From Octopus sinensis (Eukaryota), in contig NC_042997.1 in NCBI RefSeq assembly GCF_006345805.1, forward strand, positions 18,848,001 through 18,912,000: a stretch of 64,000 nt of DNA. Reading direction: 5' to 3'. The translations under genes were made by a program, and so were the position numbers. The notes under the pieces are model-generated. The model did no database searches and was not told the DNA's origin. It saw only the letters and a program-made list of their open reading frames with translations. Shown one piece after another: positions 25,309 to 39,300 of this stretch; positions within the stretch are counted from its first letter, which is position 1, and every line of letters begins with the position of its first letter.

Positions 25309-28251
25309 TTAAAGAGAGTTGGACAGTTGCTATAGTATTTGAAACTATTATCTAATAGAGCGTTGCTATAGTATTTGAAACTATCATTGAAATTAGAGTA
25401 TAGTCCCACGGTTGTTACTGCAGTATTTGAAATCTTCATCTAGATTAGTGACTATTTTAAAATTTGTTACTGTAGCTCAGAACCATTCTCAGTATAAGCC
25501 TATTGATAAAATGAAAATAAATTTATGATGCTGAAAGAAATGTTAATTTTATATGGCTGAAGCAGGAAGACCAAAAATGGTTTGGAAGTCATAACATGCC
25601 AGCAGAAAATAACATCACTAGGTGAGAAAAGCTGACACTGAATTAGCTTCGCTGATTAACAGGTGACGGTCGTTTAGAGAATGCATGGGCTAAGACTACA
25701 CGCCTTCATTGGTCAGTTATAGTTGAGACAGTGTCATGTGACAACTAGCTGGGGCTGCCTGCTGGAGACTAACAGCAGGTATTTAAAGGGAAAAAATTTG
25801 ACAAGTCAGTCAGTCGCCAGCTGACACTCCTTGATGCTTCATCAAAGAGGCCAGGGAACAGAAGAAAGAAGAAGACATGTACCCAACACCAGAGCTGAAA
25901 ATACCTCCGAAAGGGGGGTGGGGGTGCACCACGTCAAAACGGTAGAGGATAGGGGCCAAAACCGGGCGTGGTTCCTCCAGATGATGTCTTGAGCTAACTG
26001 GATCCTATAAAGGAGCTGTTATGGTAGCAGATCACGACACACTGTTGAAATTCCTCACACATAAAATGACTGGGTGACATTGCAATTCAGAAAAAGTTAA
26101 CAAACTGTGGCCTGCACTATTTTTAAAACATTAAAGCCAACTTAGTTAACACTTAAACTGTAATATATTAATGAAATATTTTCCATCATAGATCACCTCA
26201 TAGATGAAAAATAAAAATTAATTTTTTTTGTTTTCAGATAAAACTTTTAGTATAATTAAACAACATTGTGCTTCCTATGAAACCTACGTAAAATGGAATA
26301 TTTGAAATATTTTATATAAATTAACATTGAGGAAGAAATTTTAAACCTCTTTCTAAAAGATGAGAAGCAATGACAATGAAATCTCTCGCTTACTTGATAT
26401 CAATAAAAATAAACTGTTTTATTGCTTCTGAACATTTTAATCGCTTAAAAACCTAAAAGTTTTTTTGTTTTATTACATCTATATATTTTGTATAGGTTAT
26501 ATTTAGTTTGGAAAACTGACAATTTCAATTTGAATTATCAGTGATATAATTTTTCTTCCTCTTTTTTTCCTTCCAGAATATATGAACAGCAATGAAAATA
26601 CTAACTTCAACAACTCTCCTTCTGAAATCTTTTTCAATATTTTCCATTTCATATGTATACATAAATGCAATTTTAAAAATTTTACTTTTATTTTCTGAGT
26701 GAAAGTATTTTTTAGTGGAGAGGGGTTATGTTTTAGAAATTTATATACAGAGCTTGAATATTGGAATGTAGTTTGACAGAATAATTATTCAAAATTTTCT
26801 AATATATTTAGGTTTATGTATATTTTGGTTTTATCCTTATGAATTTGTATTCCTGACTCAATTTTGTTTTTAATTTAGTAATTCGAATATTATGGAAAAA
26901 ATCATATTTATGAGCAAAGTTCTAGGGTTTTTCTCCCATAACATTTATTTATAGCAGATCAGTTTATGTATGTATTATGTATGTACATATGTATGCATGT
27001 ATATACATATATATATATATATGGTTTTCATTTAGATATATATATATGTATATAGGCATGTATTATGTATGCATGTATGTATATGTGTGTACACACATAC
27101 ACACTCATATATATAATTAATAATTTCCTTCTATTTCCTCAATTTGATAACAAATCATTTTATCGAACAATAACAACTATCATTTAATATTCAGATCAGG
27201 ACATTTGTCTTGTTAACCCTATGCATATTTATGGATGTGCATGTGTGGTTGTATATAAATGTATATGTGCATGTTGCTTATGTGCCTGTGCGTGAATGTA
27301 TGGCCATGCATATGCATATAAGGATGTATTCCGTGGAATTGAAAATATTGTTTTTAATTTTAAATCAAGGAAGAGAAAGAAAAGAACATTTAATTTTATG
27401 TATGTGACATGCTGATATGAATTTATCTCTCCTCTCCGTTTGTCTGTCAATCTGTCTGTTTCACACTGTCTGTCTTCTTATATATGTGTGTATGAGTGTG
27501 TGTGTCTTTGTACATGTATATGTGTTTATGTATGAGTTAAAGCAATATATAAAGCAATGTAGCAGTAAAGTCTCAGACAACCTCCACAATTTTTACATCA
27601 CTTGGAAATCACTTGTTTTTTTAATTTTATTTAGAAATTGAAAATATTATTGTCTTATATGGTAAAGCAAAACATATGATAAAATAAGATATATATATTT
27701 TGATGCACACTTGTCTAACCTACATTAACTAGATGTTTGCACCAAATATTCATTTTAACATAGATACAAGACCACAACTTTGGGTTTATCGTATTGATCC
27801 TGGCAAAATGAAAAACAAAGTTAATTGAGACAGGTTTTGAAATCAGATCATCCGTTGCTCAGTACTGATATTATTCTGTCAGTTTTGTCTTGGAATTTGC
27901 TGATCATAGAATTCCTGGCTCTTTCTTCAGTTGTTTTATTGATTTCTAACTGTGGTACAAAGCCACAAATTAATAGGAGGGGACTTAATTGATAGAATTG
28001 ATCCCAGTACACGTCTGATACATGTTTTATCATTTCCAGAGGGATGAAAGGCAAAACAAACCTTTCAAGATGTGAAATCAGGAAGAAATTAAATGCCCAG
28101 AAGCGTGCTAAAATTTATGCACTCCTTGCTCTGCTTTCTTTCTCCAGGTTTATCATTGAAATTTTGTCTATTTGTTTGTTGTTCCTGTTTATTTTCCATT
28201 CTGTATTCTTTTCTGATATGATTAACATAGAAGCTATGAAAATATAATTAT
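24900..28251 (+). repeat. 250-bp direct repeat pair, 24900-25149 and 28002-28251
   Basis: Offset 3102 bp; first 142 bp identical, 9 mismatches in the remainder. Confidence 0.95.
25326..25475. repeat. Short imperfect minisatellite, unit core GTTGCTATAGTATTTGAAAC
   Basis: Units start at 25326, 25362, 25414 and (partial) 25466. Confidence 0.75.
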
Positions 28252-28419
28252 TGGAAATATAGATGAGAATAAATATCTGGTAACTTTATAATTTGAAACA
28301 GTCTAACTGTCTGTCTCCTTCTCTCTACTTCTCTTTTTCTCCTCATATTTTCTGCTGCAACATGTGTGAATTTTATGCTTTCATTTGAAGTAACTATTGA
28401 TAGGGAAAGAATGCCTACT

Positions 28420-28448
28420 ACACTCACACTCACCCACACACACACACA

Positions 28449-28536
<88 letters not shown>
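28420..28536. repeat. (CA)n microsatellite
   Basis: Direct inspection. Confidence 0.95.
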
Positions 28537-28540
<4 letters not shown>

Positions 28541-30551
28541 TATGTAGGTATGCATATCTACACGAAATGGGCTGCACAAACACTATATTTATTCGTTAGA
28601 ATGGGTTTTGCGACCATTTTAGTAATGAGTCTACCAGTTATTTGAATAATCAAAATGCCTCCACATTGCATTGCCGTTAGAGTAGCTAGATATATTCAAC
28701 AAGCTTTTCTGCCTTTACCATACTCCTCCAAGCAGATTAAGTGTGATGCCATATGATAAAGCAAAGTTTTTAAATTGCAGGCTTCTTCACAGTTTTTTTC
28801 CTGCCCTATGCATCTCACAAGACTTGAATTAACTTGTAGTTATGATTGAAGGCATTTACTCAATCTGCCAAGCTGTGGCAATCAAAGCTTAGTGCTTATG
28901 ATAATAAGAATATCATTTTAACTATTCTACCAGGCATTTTATACTTATTTATTGTAGTTGTAGTTGCAATAGGTTTTAGCTTTTGGAATATGAATTATCA
29001 AGTTCATCGTCTTTCTGCCGATCACTACACACGTTTTAATATTTAACTTCAAATGCTGGTTATTGATTAATAACGGTCTCCAAGTTATACACACACACAC
29101 ATATTCACACACACACACACGTGTTTGTGATTTTCCTATCATCTCTGTTCAATCCATCTTCCATTTTCTTCTTATCGTTACCAGCATTGTTTCTTTATAT
29201 GTAGCAAAGAATGCATTAACACCGAAAGCCTAGTAATGATTTAAAAAAATAATCAATTACAGGTTACATAAACATTTTTTAAATGTCCATTGTGTTATTG
29301 GCAAAAATCAAAATAAACTCTTCAATATATTATAATGAAATTAAAGATTAGACATGAATCTAAGAAATGATGAAAGTTAAGACATTGGGGTTTTGGGACC
29401 AACCCAAAAAGTTTAGTGGTGTAAATTAGATTGTTTCAAATATGAATCAAATAATGTGCCACAGAAAAAAAAAAAAAATATATATATATATACACATTTA
29501 TATATATATATATATACACACATTTTGTGACCTATATAGTAACTCTAAAAGTTATTTCCTCCCTCAGCATTAAACTACAGAATTAGGAGAAACAATAAAT
29601 AAAAAGTTGCGACATTTATACTTTCTTCAAAGACATAAGGTCATTAAGGGAAACAACAGATATATTGCTAAATAAAGAGTTCTGACATTTATATTCTTTT
29701 CCACTAGGCATTTGAACAAAGAATCAAAACCAGGATATCAATACTGTTTTGCTACCAGTTTACTATAATGATATTACAGATGTTAATGCTTATGTTTGAA
29801 GTTTAAATCCAATCAAGTTTAACTTAGCCTTTTATCCATCCAAGGCTGGTAAATATAGAACTGAGTAATGTATTATTATTTTATATAGTGTTGAATATTA
29901 ACATAACAATATAAATATATATCACATGAAGATTTGTGAGTATATGGTATGCATGCACATTTATTACAAAATGTGGATTAAATTACTTTGTTTATTGACA
30001 AATTCTAGAGTGTGAAATACATTTTTGATAATTTTCTGCATCTTTTGAATTATGTATTGCAACAGCAAAACAAAGTACCAGCCAAGTGCTATACATTGGT
30101 ATAAGGAGTCTTATACCAATATTGGTAATGGTGAATTTCATAACAATGCACATTACTGTATCAATGTAGTAAGAAGCTGTTGTGGATGAAGCAAATATCA
30201 CCTCATGATGGATTTCCACTGTTAGATGAGTTAACATCCAATAAATTATTTCATAACAGCTATCACACATAATCCTGAATCAGTATTGTTTAAATTTGAT
30301 AGCAAAGTGAAACAAGACAGTTGGTGGACACTGATTTCAAGTTGAACACTTCTAAATGTTTAACAGATAGAGCACCTGAGGTAATCTTGAGCAAGTTTTA
30401 TTTTCAGGAATGCAATGAAACACCAACAACAATTTTGAAATCCTGACCCACAAGCAAGTAGTTAAATACGTTGATCACTCAGTCACTTAAACTTTTATTA
30501 TATAAATATAAGGTAAAAAGTAAAAATGATTGACTAAAGATGAAGAAAATA

Positions 30552-30766
30552 TTCTTTTCTGCTTTAGGCACAAGACCCGAAATTTTAGGTTATCGGACCA
30601 GTCGATTAGATCGACCTTAGTACACAACTGGTACTTAATTTATCGACTCCGAAAGGATGAAAGGCAAAGTCAACCTCGACAGAATTTGAACTCAGAACAT
30701 AAAGAGGCGAAATACTGCTAAGCTTTTTGCCTGGCATGCTAACGTTTCTGCCAGTTCGCCACCTTA
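30552..30766 (-). mobile_element. SINE group C (C2 tail)
   Basis: Conserved C body; imperfect TSD ending AAGAAAATAT on both sides. Confidence 0.85.
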
Positions 30767-32134
30767 AGACAAAGAAAATATCAACACAACAATATAAAAG
30801 AGTCATCATCAACAATATAATGTACCTGCAATATATTTGTTACACAGCATTTTAATATAGTCTAACAATAGTAATAGGTAGCTAAATCTAGACACATACA
30901 AATGTATGCGCTTATAAAATCATGAAACTATTAACGGTGTATGCACAAGTCTTGGAGAGATTATTCATAAAAAATTAATCAATATTTCTCCTATAATTGC
31001 TTTGCCCCAATTACCCTGTCATTCCTGTACAGCAGCTAACTGTTATTATTGATAAATGCAAAAAGTCTTGTACACAACAACATAGGGCTATTGGTGGGGA
31101 AATAAATTACAATTCTGATCACCAAGTGGAACTTGGTTAGAACTACTATGGTTGACAGGAACAACAGTTAACTGTAATAGCTAAAAACAAAAATTCACTT
31201 AACAAAGATAAAGTGAGTACTGCCAACACTTCTGTTGCTAATAACAATTTAATTGTGATATATTTAAACTTCATTGGAAAGCCCATGAAAATTAATGGAA
31301 GGAATTGCATAAAATGACTTAAAATGTTAAGAAAAGTTTCTTTCTGAATTATCTGACTTATACCAATAAAACACCTCAACGGCCATTAAATTTCATGAAG
31401 GTTTAAAAAACATCAGTCTTGAACAATAATTTCAACTGAACTTGAACAAGAAGATTATTATTTCCAAATACACTAGGAATCAGCTGAGGACTAAAAATAT
31501 CACTATAATTGACAACTTTATTTCAAAATACAACCATATGACTATAACTTGACTACATGTACTAACAATAGTCACCTTACAAAACTGATTGCAAATGCAT
31601 ATCTATTACGATATAAAACTTATTCAAACACTTGAACTACCTTCATAAATTTGACTGTGCTCATTGCATGTTGGGAAAAAAAAAATTATCTCCTATTTTA
31701 TTGATCAGGCTGATCGTCAATGTTGAACTGAGAAATTATGTGATCACTAATACAATTCACAGTCATTGCTGCTAGAATCAATATGGCATTGAACTGCCTT
31801 GTTAGTGATTGTGCAGCATGATTATAGTTAAGATATTTAACTCTTCATAGTTTGGTCTGCTTAACTACAAATATCTATGATAGGTAGATAGAGATCACTG
31901 CCATTAGATGTAAGAATACTGTATGATCAGATAGTGTTTCATTAGCTTGCATTACTGAATACAATACAACCTATGAACCTAGAGTAGGATACAACTCTAA
32001 TTTATCATATATTATATCTATATTATAAAACTTTATAAAAGAAAAATGAAGAAAAATTGATAAAGCTTGTCAAACATGAATTTGAAGCATTAAGTATGAA
32101 ACTAAGTTGTCAATGTAATCTGCAGGAAACAAGC

Positions 32135-32312
32135 TAACGAGGTAGTTTCTATGTGATTATTTAACTGGTCAGAAATATTAGCCAAATCACCATCAAACCA
32201 TACCCTATTGTCTCAAAAACAAGCATACACGTCTTGAAAAAAAGACCAGGTGATTTTGGTTTGAGTCCCTTTTATCATAGGTCTGTTCAATGAAGGCTTA
32301 GTTGGGGCTAAC
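32135..32312 (+). mobile_element. Repeat group E (unclassified, probably non-autonomous)
   Basis: Degenerate version of the core CTAGAAATAGCAGCCAAATCTC..CAAATCA; related copies near 43505, 50955, 54632, 56337, 57665 (+) and 13700, 45065, 53740 (-). Confidence 0.6.
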
Positions 32313-33589
32313 CAATACTAACGATGGCAACAGCAATAGTAGGAGTGGAAACATGCTTAATATAGAATATATTAAAGTAATAAAGGAGTATCAAATAAAG
32401 AAAATACTCTGGAAAATGTCTGGAAATGTTCTGATCAAGCATATAATGTAACAGCAAGGAAATTAAGTTTGATGCTTGAAAGAAAATACTGCAGATACTA
32501 AAGCTCACATGTTAATCTGTGATTGACTAAAGCACAAAATTCCTTCCATAACAGTAGAAAACAATTATCATATAGTACATTTCAGCATTTACTTCTGCAT
32601 ATCATAAGGAGTAAGTAAATGGGTTTATGTCAGGAAGGGCATCCAATTGTAAAGCACTGCTTTAAGGAGTCCTATTCAATCCATTCTAGCATGGATTGCA
32701 CAAGGCATAAAAATGATGTAGATAAAGAAGATGATGATGATGGTGATGATGATGATGATGATGATGACTATGTATTCATGATAATTGATAATATCCAGAG
32801 ACTTAAAATGAAATTAAGGCATTTAGTTAGCTATTTAAACTCGGCATCATTCTCTTTCTTGCTAACTTTTCCACTCTCTTTACTTAGTTCTCACATCTAA
32901 CTTTCTCTCTCCTGTATTGTCCGTAAGAGCTCCCAAGATGTGTTTGATTATTTTTTTCATTTTTGCATATCTAAATTGTTCATTGGGATAATTGCCAATA
33001 TCACAGATATTTATGTATAACATCACAGGGGCACAAAATTAAATTAAGACAATATTTATTTATTTAATTTATCTATTTAAACCCAGCATGTTACCTTGTC
33101 TAGTAAAGATGTCTGCTTAGAAATATGTTGGTAGTTTCATTCTGCTGCCTCCTCCCTCTGTCTTGAAAATAATGACCAGCTGCCTTGTTCCAATTACTTG
33201 ATACTGACAAGTATGAACAGCTGTCATTAACCAAATTATTCCAATTATCCTCACAACATATGACAGCATAGAACTTTTTACATGATTGCTTACACAGTCC
33301 TAACTAGTATGTATAGAGGCAATGGCTCTCCAAATATAGTGTAGGTGATTTAACTCTGAATGAAATTCTGTATGATGGAAGTATAAATTTCAGCAATCAT
33401 AGTGATGGCAACCTTGACTAACACTTACCATATAAGTGCTTTACACATTAGCAGAGCAGCCAAATGGGAACATCTGGATGTGTATCAAAACACCTCAGCC
33501 ACCATAATATGATTACACCAACTCTCTTGCTTTCAGATGTAGAAAACATTTATTAAAGTATCTGCTTCTGAAAACACTCCTCAGGAAAG

Positions 33590-34260
33590 TTTAGGGCAGT
33601 TACCAGCAATGATGGCACAATGAAAAGTAGGTCTGGGGAGATTGTAGACATGTTAGAGCTAAGGCAAATAGCAGTGTATTATGAATAAGAGATAAGATAG
33701 CAGAGTCTCATCCACACTGCTTATAGAGAAGAAATAGAGATTCAAATATTTCTTGGTGTGTAACAGTGCTGAGTTGGGTAAAATTGGCTTTCTACTGGCT
33801 GAGAAATGGACAGATGAATTAATGACCTATACAGAATATGTCACAGAATAATTGTCTACACATAAACAATACAGCAGTAACAGTTATCTATGTATGTTCA
33901 CTCAGGACTGACTGAGCAAGTGCCTCATTTCTATAAGATTCTCTTGCATATCTCCTTGATAACAAATGATTGCAACTTTATTAGCATGGTTAATGTACAT
34001 GGTGAGATCATTAGAATAGCTACTCCAATGTGCATGGAGACACTGCAAATAGTAATATAAATGGAGAGAAATCAAGGCTCTTTGTGATGGAAATGAGCAA
34101 ACCATTTGCAATGAAAACTTCAGAAAACCTTTCAGCCCTCTGATTACTTATCAATCAGGCAAGTATGCTGACTGGAAAGATGTCATAGCCACAAGGAAAC
34201 GGGATAGATGAATAGTTGGGAATAATAAATCTTTTCTTGTGTGTATCTTAGCATTCAACA
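33590..34260 (+). mobile_element. Decayed RTE-clade AP-endonuclease domain
   Basis: VTSNDGTMKSRSGEIVDMLELRQIAV..GFLLAEKWTD..ICNENFRKPFSPLITYQSG match RTE APE motifs; stops and frameshifts. Confidence 0.75.
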
Positions 34261-34522
34261 TAGACAAATGATTAAGATAAGAACTAGTCACTCAGATACG
34301 CAAGATAATTTCAGAGAAGAAAAATAAAAGTGAAATAAACATAAGTTCAGTGAGATACTGGTTGTCATATGCTTACAATAAGTAGAATGAGTTGTCTTCT
34401 TGGAGCGTACAGTTGAGAGCTCCAAGAAGATAACTTGCTGGAAACAACAGCCTGAGAAATAAGAAAGAATGACTAAGAAATGTACAGAATATGTCTATCA
34501 ATGTAAGTATGACATATGCATG

Positions 34523-34553
<31 letters not shown>

Positions 34554-34799
34554 TGTGTGTGTGTGTGTGTGTGCATGTGTGTACATGTGTGTGTGTGTGT
34601 GTGTGCATGTGTGCATCAGTCCTAGATCTGGTTTTGGTGGAACACTGACCAATTTAGATCAATCAAGAATTTACAACAGGGCCTACCATTGACATCTGAT
34701 GGCTATTTTAAGCATTGTCAATTTTTATCTTTTCTTCAGGGACTGAAGAAACAGCAGCTTTTCAGTGATCAGAACAAATAACCACCTATTATAACTGTT

Positions 34800-36080
34800 T
34801 AGCAGCATGTACTGAGTCTAAAGATATCTGATTTCTTCTTTATTTTGTTAATGGAGACTTGTAGTGAAGGTTTAAATATATTAAGGGGCATCCACTCAAA
34901 TTGGGAAACAGGAGAGTCTCAGATGATATCAATGTCATGATGAGAAATTGAGGTGGTTGACACTTCTCTAGATAAATGACATGGGTAAAATAGCGTAAGA
35001 CAAGTTAATAAACATGCAAATGAATATTGAGGGATGCAAGTTTATGCAGCACAGCAATGTCTGTCACTTGATCAAGGGCCTTGTTAAAGTGCTTTGGATA
35101 TAGTTCAGATCTAATCTGCAATTTGCAGGTAGATTAAGAGCTAGAAAGAGGTCATGATTAAAATGGCTATCTTGACTCCAATGACTCCAAAATAAGCTAT
35201 GTAACAGGATGAGAGGTCCCTGCACTGGATGGGTGCAGCTCGCATCCTTTACATTAAAATATTAATTGAAGGAAAGAGTCAAGACTTCCGATTAACTTCA
35301 AGAGCATAAATATTTTATTTCTGGATTTGCAATATATACATTCTTCTTTCAGGGCAAATCGGCAGCCTAGGAGCTCATCACAGTAGTCAAGTGGAGTGAG
35401 CCAAATCCTGTCCGTTCAGTATAGCAGAGAAGCACCACTCAGTAGCAGCTTGAGAGAGCTGCTAAAACACGACTGTCCTGTTTGGCTGCCAGTGTTTGAG
35501 AGGAAGATATGAGGGAAATTTTGCTGCTGCTAGTTTTCTGCACATGTGCATGAGGGAACTGCCAGCAGGCCTCCCGGAAGAATCCAACTCTGCACATGTG
35601 AGCTGGAGATTTCCAAGATGGTGTTACTACAGCTAAAAGAAAATTATCCTTGAAAGATTAGATGAATGTAGATTATATATCAGACTCTTGTAGTTCATCT
35701 AAGTAAATACCTGACCAAATTGGAGAATATACTCTTTCATTTCTTGAGGAAAAGATAGGCTCTGCTGGTTTGGAGATCTTTCTGCTACCATTACACTCTA
35801 CTAGGGATCTCATGATGCCATGGATGTAGATGCACAAATATGTACTAAGGCAGTAACATCTGCAGTGATTCTTGGACAATGACAGCAACAACAGCAAAAA
35901 TGTTCAGATGTCATTTGAGTAAAATATATTTCCACAGTTTGTCCCTTTGATCAAGTTGCAGTGTTCTGTCAAACTCAGATCGAGATTGATTATTTGACAT
36001 CTGGAATGTTGTGTACCACAAACTGCATTGTACTTGAACTGAGCAGTTGGTGAAAAATCAGCACTCATGGTCTAATTATA
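34800..36080 (+). mobile_element. Decayed L1/Tx1-like RT region interrupted by a solo LTR
   Basis: SDDINVM (ADD box), GLVKVLWI*FRSNLQ, then after the LTR KRKLSLKD, LTKLENILFHFL and MPWM*MHKYVLRQ*HL, in the order expected for a Tx1-type RT C-terminus. Confidence 0.6.
35200..35631 (-). mobile_element. Solo LTR, 432 bp (Gypsy-like by 4-bp TSD)
   Basis: Termini TGTAAC...GTTACTACA; TSD GCTA at 35196-35199 and 35632-35635; GC-richer than flanks; minus-strand AATAAA near 35315; the interrupted LINE reading resumes after it. Confidence 0.8.
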
Positions 36081-36094
36081 AACAAGAGAAAGTC

Positions 36095-36095
36095 G

Positions 36096-36132
<37 letters not shown>

Positions 36133-36659
36133 TTAACGTCCGCTTTCCATGCTAGCATGGGTTGGACAATTTGACTGAGGAGTGGCGAACCAGATGGCTG
36201 CACCAAGCTCCAATCTTGATCTAGCAGAGTTTCTACAGCTGGATGCCCTTCCTAATGCCAACCACTCCGAGTGTAGTGGGTGCTTTTACATGCCACTGGC
36301 ACGAGGGCCAGTCTGGCGGTACTGGCAATGGCCATGCTCAAATGGTATTGTTTTATGTGCCACCTGTACGGGAGCCAGTCCAGCGGTACTGACAACAACC
36401 TCACTCCAATGTTTTTTCACATTCCACCGACACAAGTACCAGTAAGGTGACGCTGGTAACGATCACACTCGAATGGTGCTTCTAACATGCCACCAGCATG
36501 AAAGCCAGTTAATTGCTCTGGCAACGATCATGCTTGGATGGTGCTCTTAGTGCTCCACTAGCATGGATGCCAGTCATCAAATTTGATTTTGATTTCACTT
36601 GCCTCAACAGGTTTTCACAAACAGAGTTTAGTGTCCAATGAAGGAAGGGTATGCATAAG
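36095..36659 (-). mobile_element. Longest non-coding group A element (565 bp)
   Basis: 11-bp TSD AAGAGAAAGTC at 36084-36094 and 36660-36670; (GAT)n tail; subrepeat array; RTE-ORF-end-like GCAAGTGAAATC near its 5' end. Confidence 0.9.
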
Positions 36660-37021
36660 AAGAGAAAGTCATAATTTGAAATAAGAATTTTATATATGTG
36701 TTGTTTCAAAGCCAAAATTCAGACTGTACAAATATGGATTTCTGGATTAGCTAAAACTATACCAAATTATGAGTGTCACTCCCACTTTTTATAATATCAT
36801 CATCATCATCATCATCACATTCATCATTTAACACCCGCATTCCGGGTGGAACAGTGGAGTGTAATTTGATGGAAATTTGACTAATGTTTACTGCATGTCA
36901 AGCAATCACAAAGGGGCTGTCTTACTACCTTAGATAGAATTCATTGTGGCAGATTGTGGAAGACACTATGTAAAGTGAGAAACCGGGAGAAAGAAAGTTT
37001 GTTCGTTTATCTATATGCTGG

Positions 37022-37035
37022 TATGTGAGTGTGTG

Positions 37036-37080
<45 letters not shown>

Positions 37081-37270
37081 ATAAATACACATGCATGCAT
37101 ATGCATACACACATATAAAACCAGATTCATGAAGGAGAAATAAGAAAGAAAGTAAATGATAGTGAATGAAATTATGAGAAATTAGAAAAAGTGATGAAGA
37201 AATAGAGAGAATATCTGTGTATGCAAGTATGCAAGCATATGTGCATATGCATGTGGGTGTGTATATGCGT

Positions 37271-37315
<45 letters not shown>

Positions 37316-37318
37316 TGT

Positions 37319-37357
<39 letters not shown>

Positions 37358-37375
37358 TGTGTGTGTTGTGTGTGT
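37022..37375. repeat. Two (TG)n-rich microsatellite tracts
   Basis: About 37022-37080 and 37270-37375. Confidence 0.9.
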
Positions 37376-38047
37376 ATTAAAGTATGCGTGAATGAATATG
37401 TTCACTCCAGAACACAAATCTGCAACTCTTTAAAAGCATGCACATCGCATAACTAAGCCATCCTAGGTAACCATTTTGATGACTGCAAGATATTTGTAAC
37501 AGGAAAATATTTAAAAAAATTATATATAATTGATTTATAATGGGATGAAGAGAAGTGATGATGGCAACAGCAACAACGGCAGTAGTGGGTTGGGGGGGGG
37601 GGGAGGTAATAGCAGTAGCAGTGGTGGGGACGGTGGGGATGGTGCTGGTGTGCTGGCAGCACTGTTTGTGAGAGGAGAGTAAGCAGTTTCACTGTTAATA
37701 GGCTTAACAGTTAGACAGTTAGACAGTTCATTGCACAAAGAATATCATTAGCTAATTCTACTATTTAGTGAAAGCTCTTGCATATTTCCGCAACATACTG
37801 GCAACACTTGCATATTACTCTTTCACAATAAATTGTTGATCAGCCATTGACTGTTGAAGCAAGCAAAGCTGAAATTTTATTCCTCATATTTGAACTTCAC
37901 TAAATTATCCTTCAAAGGAATTATATTTCACAGAATGAGAAAGTCAATATAAAAATAATCAGCAGTTTGACCTCAAAATTGATGTGTAGGTGTCTTGATC
38001 TTTTATTGCTTTTATATGTTTTTTTTTTTACTTTATTTCTTTGTTAC

Positions 38048-38084
<37 letters not shown>

Positions 38085-39029
38085 ATGCATGCATTTTTCT
38101 TTTTACCCAGAGCTGATGTCACCATCTATAATTTTTGTCACTGTTCCTCTTCATTAATGAAAGAACAACTGAAGAAAAACTGAAATAAGAACAGCGGAGC
38201 TGATGGAGAGGCGACAAGAATGGTAGAAATTGTTAACAAGTTTGGAAACTGAAAATTGTTTGTATGCACATGTAGAGGTGGGTAGTTAAATATACAAAGA
38301 AGGTGAATACATGTGTGAGATAGCGAAGGAAAAAAAAGCAATGTGTGTCTATGTGTGTGTGTGCATGTGTGTGTATGTGTGTGTGTGTGCGTGTGTGTGT
38401 GCGTGTGTGTGTTCGTGTGTGCATGTGTGTGTGTGTGTCTAAGAGATAAAAGGAAAATGTGATAGCAGATACAAGAAAGGTGGGTGTCAAGAATGTCTCA
38501 TTTTACAGTTGGCTTGGGTTTTTTTTTTTTGTAGTTTACCTACTTCAGTGTACATCAGACTATGTTTGATGTTCATAAATAGCAGTTCTATGGTCTAGAA
38601 AATACTAATCTCTTCTTCTGTGAGTGGTGTTCAGTCCAGTTCTGATGCCAGTTTCTATTAGAAGAACACAGGCATGTTTCTGCTACATTGATATCATAAA
38701 TTCAAATAAAAAAAAAATAGATACACAACACTAATTATATGAAGGCATGTATGTTTGTGCATACTTTTGTATTTGACAATAAGTGTGTGTGGTATGTGTG
38801 TGTGTGTGTAGTTTCCATATCCATTATTATATAATCAATTGTTTTTTGAATTCTCAAATTCACATAAAGTTGTTTTCAGATGAATAAATTAACTGCTTAG
38901 GCATAAATTAAAACATAATACTTGTTCCAAGCCAAGTAGCTTGAAGCAAGTTAAATCTGACACATCATTATAGGTATTTGCATAGTATTACACTCACAAA
39001 TTTTTATAATATAAAATTAGTTTAAAGAA

Positions 39030-39257
39030 ACTCTTTTACTCTTTTACTCATTTACTTGTTTCAGTCATTGGACTGTGGCCATGCCGGAGCACTGCCTTTA
39101 GTCGAGCAACTCGACCCCGGTACTTATTCTTTGTAAGCCCAGTACTTATTCTATCAGTCTCTTTTGCTGAACCGCTAAGTGACAGGGACGTAAACACACC
39201 AGCATCGGTTGTCAAGCAATGCTAGGGGGACAAACACAGACACACAAACACACACAC

Positions 39258-39300
<43 letters not shown>

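Noticed and set aside
25326-25475. CRISPR-like repeat GTT...GAAAC
   Set aside because: Repeat only 20 bp, spacing unequal (36, 52, 52), spacers resemble each other, no cas genes, eukaryotic context; it is a minisatellite.
24942-28247. Two near-identical 67-aa ORFs suggesting a small gene pair
   Set aside because: They lie in the 250-bp local duplication and start within a decayed SINE C.
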